A stretch of DNA of 64,000 nucleotides from NCBI GenBank assembly GCA_963737155.1, contig CAVTRN010000002.1:864001-928000 (forward strand). Direction: 5' to 3'. This stretch comes from Nitrospirota bacterium (lineage in GTDB: Bacteria > Nitrospirota > UBA9217). This document shows positions 62,518-64,000 of the stretch, piece by piece (the first letter of the stretch is position 1; every line of letters begins with the position of its first letter). Under the pieces are notes generated by a model, which ran no database searches, was not told the DNA's origin, and saw only the letters and a program-made list of their open reading frames with translations. A program made the position numbers and the translations under genes.

Positions 62518-62632
62518 GACCTGCCTCCTTGTTTGTGGCTCTGTATTTGGACACCCATTGCATCCAAGTATAACCCACGGTGACAAGGGGCAGGTCACTT
62601 TTTCAACTGTCAACCATTATGTCTATTGATTC

Positions 62633-62661
62633 TTGACAATTATTAACACATATGTTAATAT
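62633..62661 (+). promoter_or_regulatory. TA promoter with palindromic operator
   Basis: TTGACA-17 bp-TAATAT; palindrome TATTAACA-cata-TGTTAATA (62641-60); ATG only 6 nt after the -10, so possibly leaderless. Confidence 0.65.
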
Positions 62662-62667
62662 CCAACC

Positions 62668-62994
62668 ATGAGTTGGACGGTTACGTACTATAACGAGCAA
62701 GTTAGGAAAGCCGTTTATTCCGTGCCACGCGGTATTCTTGCTCGATACTTGCGCTATGTAGAATTGATGGAGAAACATGGTGTCGATTTAAGAGCTCCCC
62801 ATTCAGAACCCATGGGAGAAGGATTATTTGAATTGAGACCTAAATCACGGGAAGGCATTGGCCGGGTACTTTACTGTACTTTAGCAGGGAGCACAGTTGT
62901 AATACTTCATTCAATTGTAAAGAAGACTCAAAAGACACCACAAAAAGATATAGATATAGCGCGACAGCGTATGCGGGAGGTCAAAAATGGATAA
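62668..62994 (+). CDS. Type II TA toxin, RelE/HigB (Gp49-like)
   Basis: PHSEPMGEGLFELR...EGIGRV.YC, VILH..VKKTQKTP..DI..AR.RM. Confidence 0.9.
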   Translation: MSWTVTYYNEQVRKAVYSVPRGILARYLRYVELMEKHGVDLRAPHSEPMGEGLFELRPKSREGIGRVLYCTLAGSTVVILHSIVKKTQKTPQKDIDIARQRMREVKNG

Positions 62995-63301
62995 ACGTAA
63001 TAAATATAAACCAGTAAAGCATACAAAGGAAGACACGGCCAAACTGCTTGCTTCTGATCCGAAATTAAAAGCCGCCTATGATGCGCTTGAGGATGAATTC
63101 GGCGCACTTGATGCGCTTTTAACAGCGCGTCGTAAAGCGGGGCTTAGTCAAGCAGAGGTTGCCCGGCGCATGGGAATGAAATCGTCATCGCTGGCGCGTA
63201 TTGAAACATCACTTGGAAATCGTAAACATTCACCGTCGTTAGAAACATTACGCAGATATGCCGAAGCTTGCGGTAAAAAACTCATAATAAAGATTGCTTG
63301 A
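62987..63301 (+). CDS. XRE/HTH antitoxin (HigA-like)
   Basis: AAYDALEDEF, ARRKAGLSQAEVARRMG, PSLETLRRYAEACG; overlaps the toxin stop. Confidence 0.9.
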   Translation: MDKRNKYKPVKHTKEDTAKLLASDPKLKAAYDALEDEFGALDALLTARRKAGLSQAEVARRMGMKSSSLARIETSLGNRKHSPSLETLRRYAEACGKKLIIKIA

Positions 63302-63438
63302 TCATTGGGGAAAAACTCCCATAATCGAGATGGTCGAGCAGGGACAACTGTAGACAAAATCAACCACTAAATCCGATTTAGTGAAGTGCATGCGCGGTGG
63401 CAGAAATTTGCAAAACCAACCAGTAAATCCGAATACCT

Positions 63439-63720
63439 AAAAAGATGGGCAGCGAACTGGAAACTAGAAGCTTCATATCTCTTTTCCCTGCTGCTCGTCC
63501 TGGTATTTCCTTTTTCCCTGATCAACTTCGTCGCAGACTACCCAAAATGCCCTTGCGGATATTCCTTCTCGGTATCGTGATTGACATTCCGGGCAGCTTC
63601 GTGTACTCCAACATGGCAGCCGGCCTTGCAACGATCACACGCACGAATGAAATTACATCTCCTCACGGGCTCGTTTTTTACCCCTGCTTGGAATCTTCAC
63701 CCTCGTCCCACGGCCTATTA
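63439..63720 (+). pseudogene. TVP38/TMEM64 gene, 3' part (frameshifted)
   Basis: MGSELETRSF / YLFSL.LV.VFPF.LINF / IPGSFVYSNM...LATI fragments spread over different frames. Confidence 0.75.
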
Positions 63721-63844
63721 GGAATCCAGGAGGAAAAGAAAAAAAATATCTTTAGTCTGTCGAAAAAAACGGATAATTGTGCTATTATATTGCGGCAAAC
63801 AAGGGGAGTTTAGTCGACTCTTCTCAGGAGCACGGAATTCCGTC

Positions 63845-64000
63845 ATGAATTTGAAAAAAACTGCTGTTGGTTTCTTCCTCGTCGTATGCTTTACAGCAGG
63901 CAGCTATTATTATCTTGATCAGCCGATTGCCCTGTTTGTAAAAGATGTCTTTCTGTCCGGCAGAGAACAGACTCTTTTTTCGGCAAACATTTTCGACGCG
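63845..64000 (+). CDS. Membrane protein, possibly PAP2-family phosphatase; 3'-truncated by window edge
   Basis: MNLKKTAVGFFLVVCFTAGSYYYLDQPIALFV; TM helix plus LDxPIALF, typical of PAP2 N-termini; catalytic motifs not in window. Confidence 0.4.
   Translation, partial: MNLKKTAVGFFLVVCFTAGSYYYLDQPIALFVKDVFLSGREQTLFSANIFDA

Larger units (their letters stand above)
60875..62624 (-). mobile_element. IS110-family (IS1111-type) element
   Basis: Perfect 14-bp subterminal IRs ATGGTTGACAGTTG (60880-93) / CAACTGTCAACCAT (62604-17); CT core at both ends (60875-76, 62623-24); long 3' non-coding region. Confidence 0.88.
60825..63438 (+). mobile_element. Non-autonomous ISL3-type mini-transposon carrying a TA pair (interrupted by IS110)
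   Basis: IRs GGTATGCGGATTCAGTAGTTG versus revcomp GGTATTCGGATTTACTGGTTG; TSD GAAAAGAT (60817-24) / AAAAAGAT (63439-46); transposase tail IIEMVEQGQL* at 63321-63353. Confidence 0.8.

Noticed and set aside
1-64000. tRNA, rRNA, integron or prophage genes
   Set aside because: No cloverleaf or rRNA-like sequence, tyrosine integrase, attC array or phage structural genes recognised by eye

Overview
Bacterial chromosomal window; the gene repertoire suggests Nitrospirota or Desulfobacterota (inference only). About 1-16 kb is GC-rich core DNA: trmD-rplS-rnhB-rimO, an S1-domain protein, DUF4912 plus a GH57 enzyme, a GlcD-like oxidoreductase, a radical SAM protein, an EmrAB-TolC-type pump and DUF1848. 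About 16-60 kb is a large, mosaic, partly AT-rich surface-glycosylation region. It holds three full and one truncated TMTC-like GT-C/TPR proteins, a Thr-rich repeat lipoprotein behind a variant GEMM-I-like riboswitch, and several polyprenyl-phosphate sugar synthase/GT-C cassettes. It also holds Wzm/Wzt, a methyltransferase, and a 1589-aa kinase/coiled-coil/triple-GT protein whose coil contains a 42-bp tandem repeat. An intact IS1634 and IS5/ISL3 relics are scattered through it. At 60.8-63.4 kb is a nested insertion: a TVP38/TMEM64 gene split by a transposase-less ISL3-type mini-element carrying only a toxin-antitoxin pair, itself interrupted by an IS110/IS1111 element. The 3' non-coding region of that element folds like a bridge RNA whose four guide segments match the reconstructed target and donor sites. 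A related ISL3-relic plus TA unit sits at 17-18 kb. All calls come from motif reading by eye; no database searches or folding programs were run.
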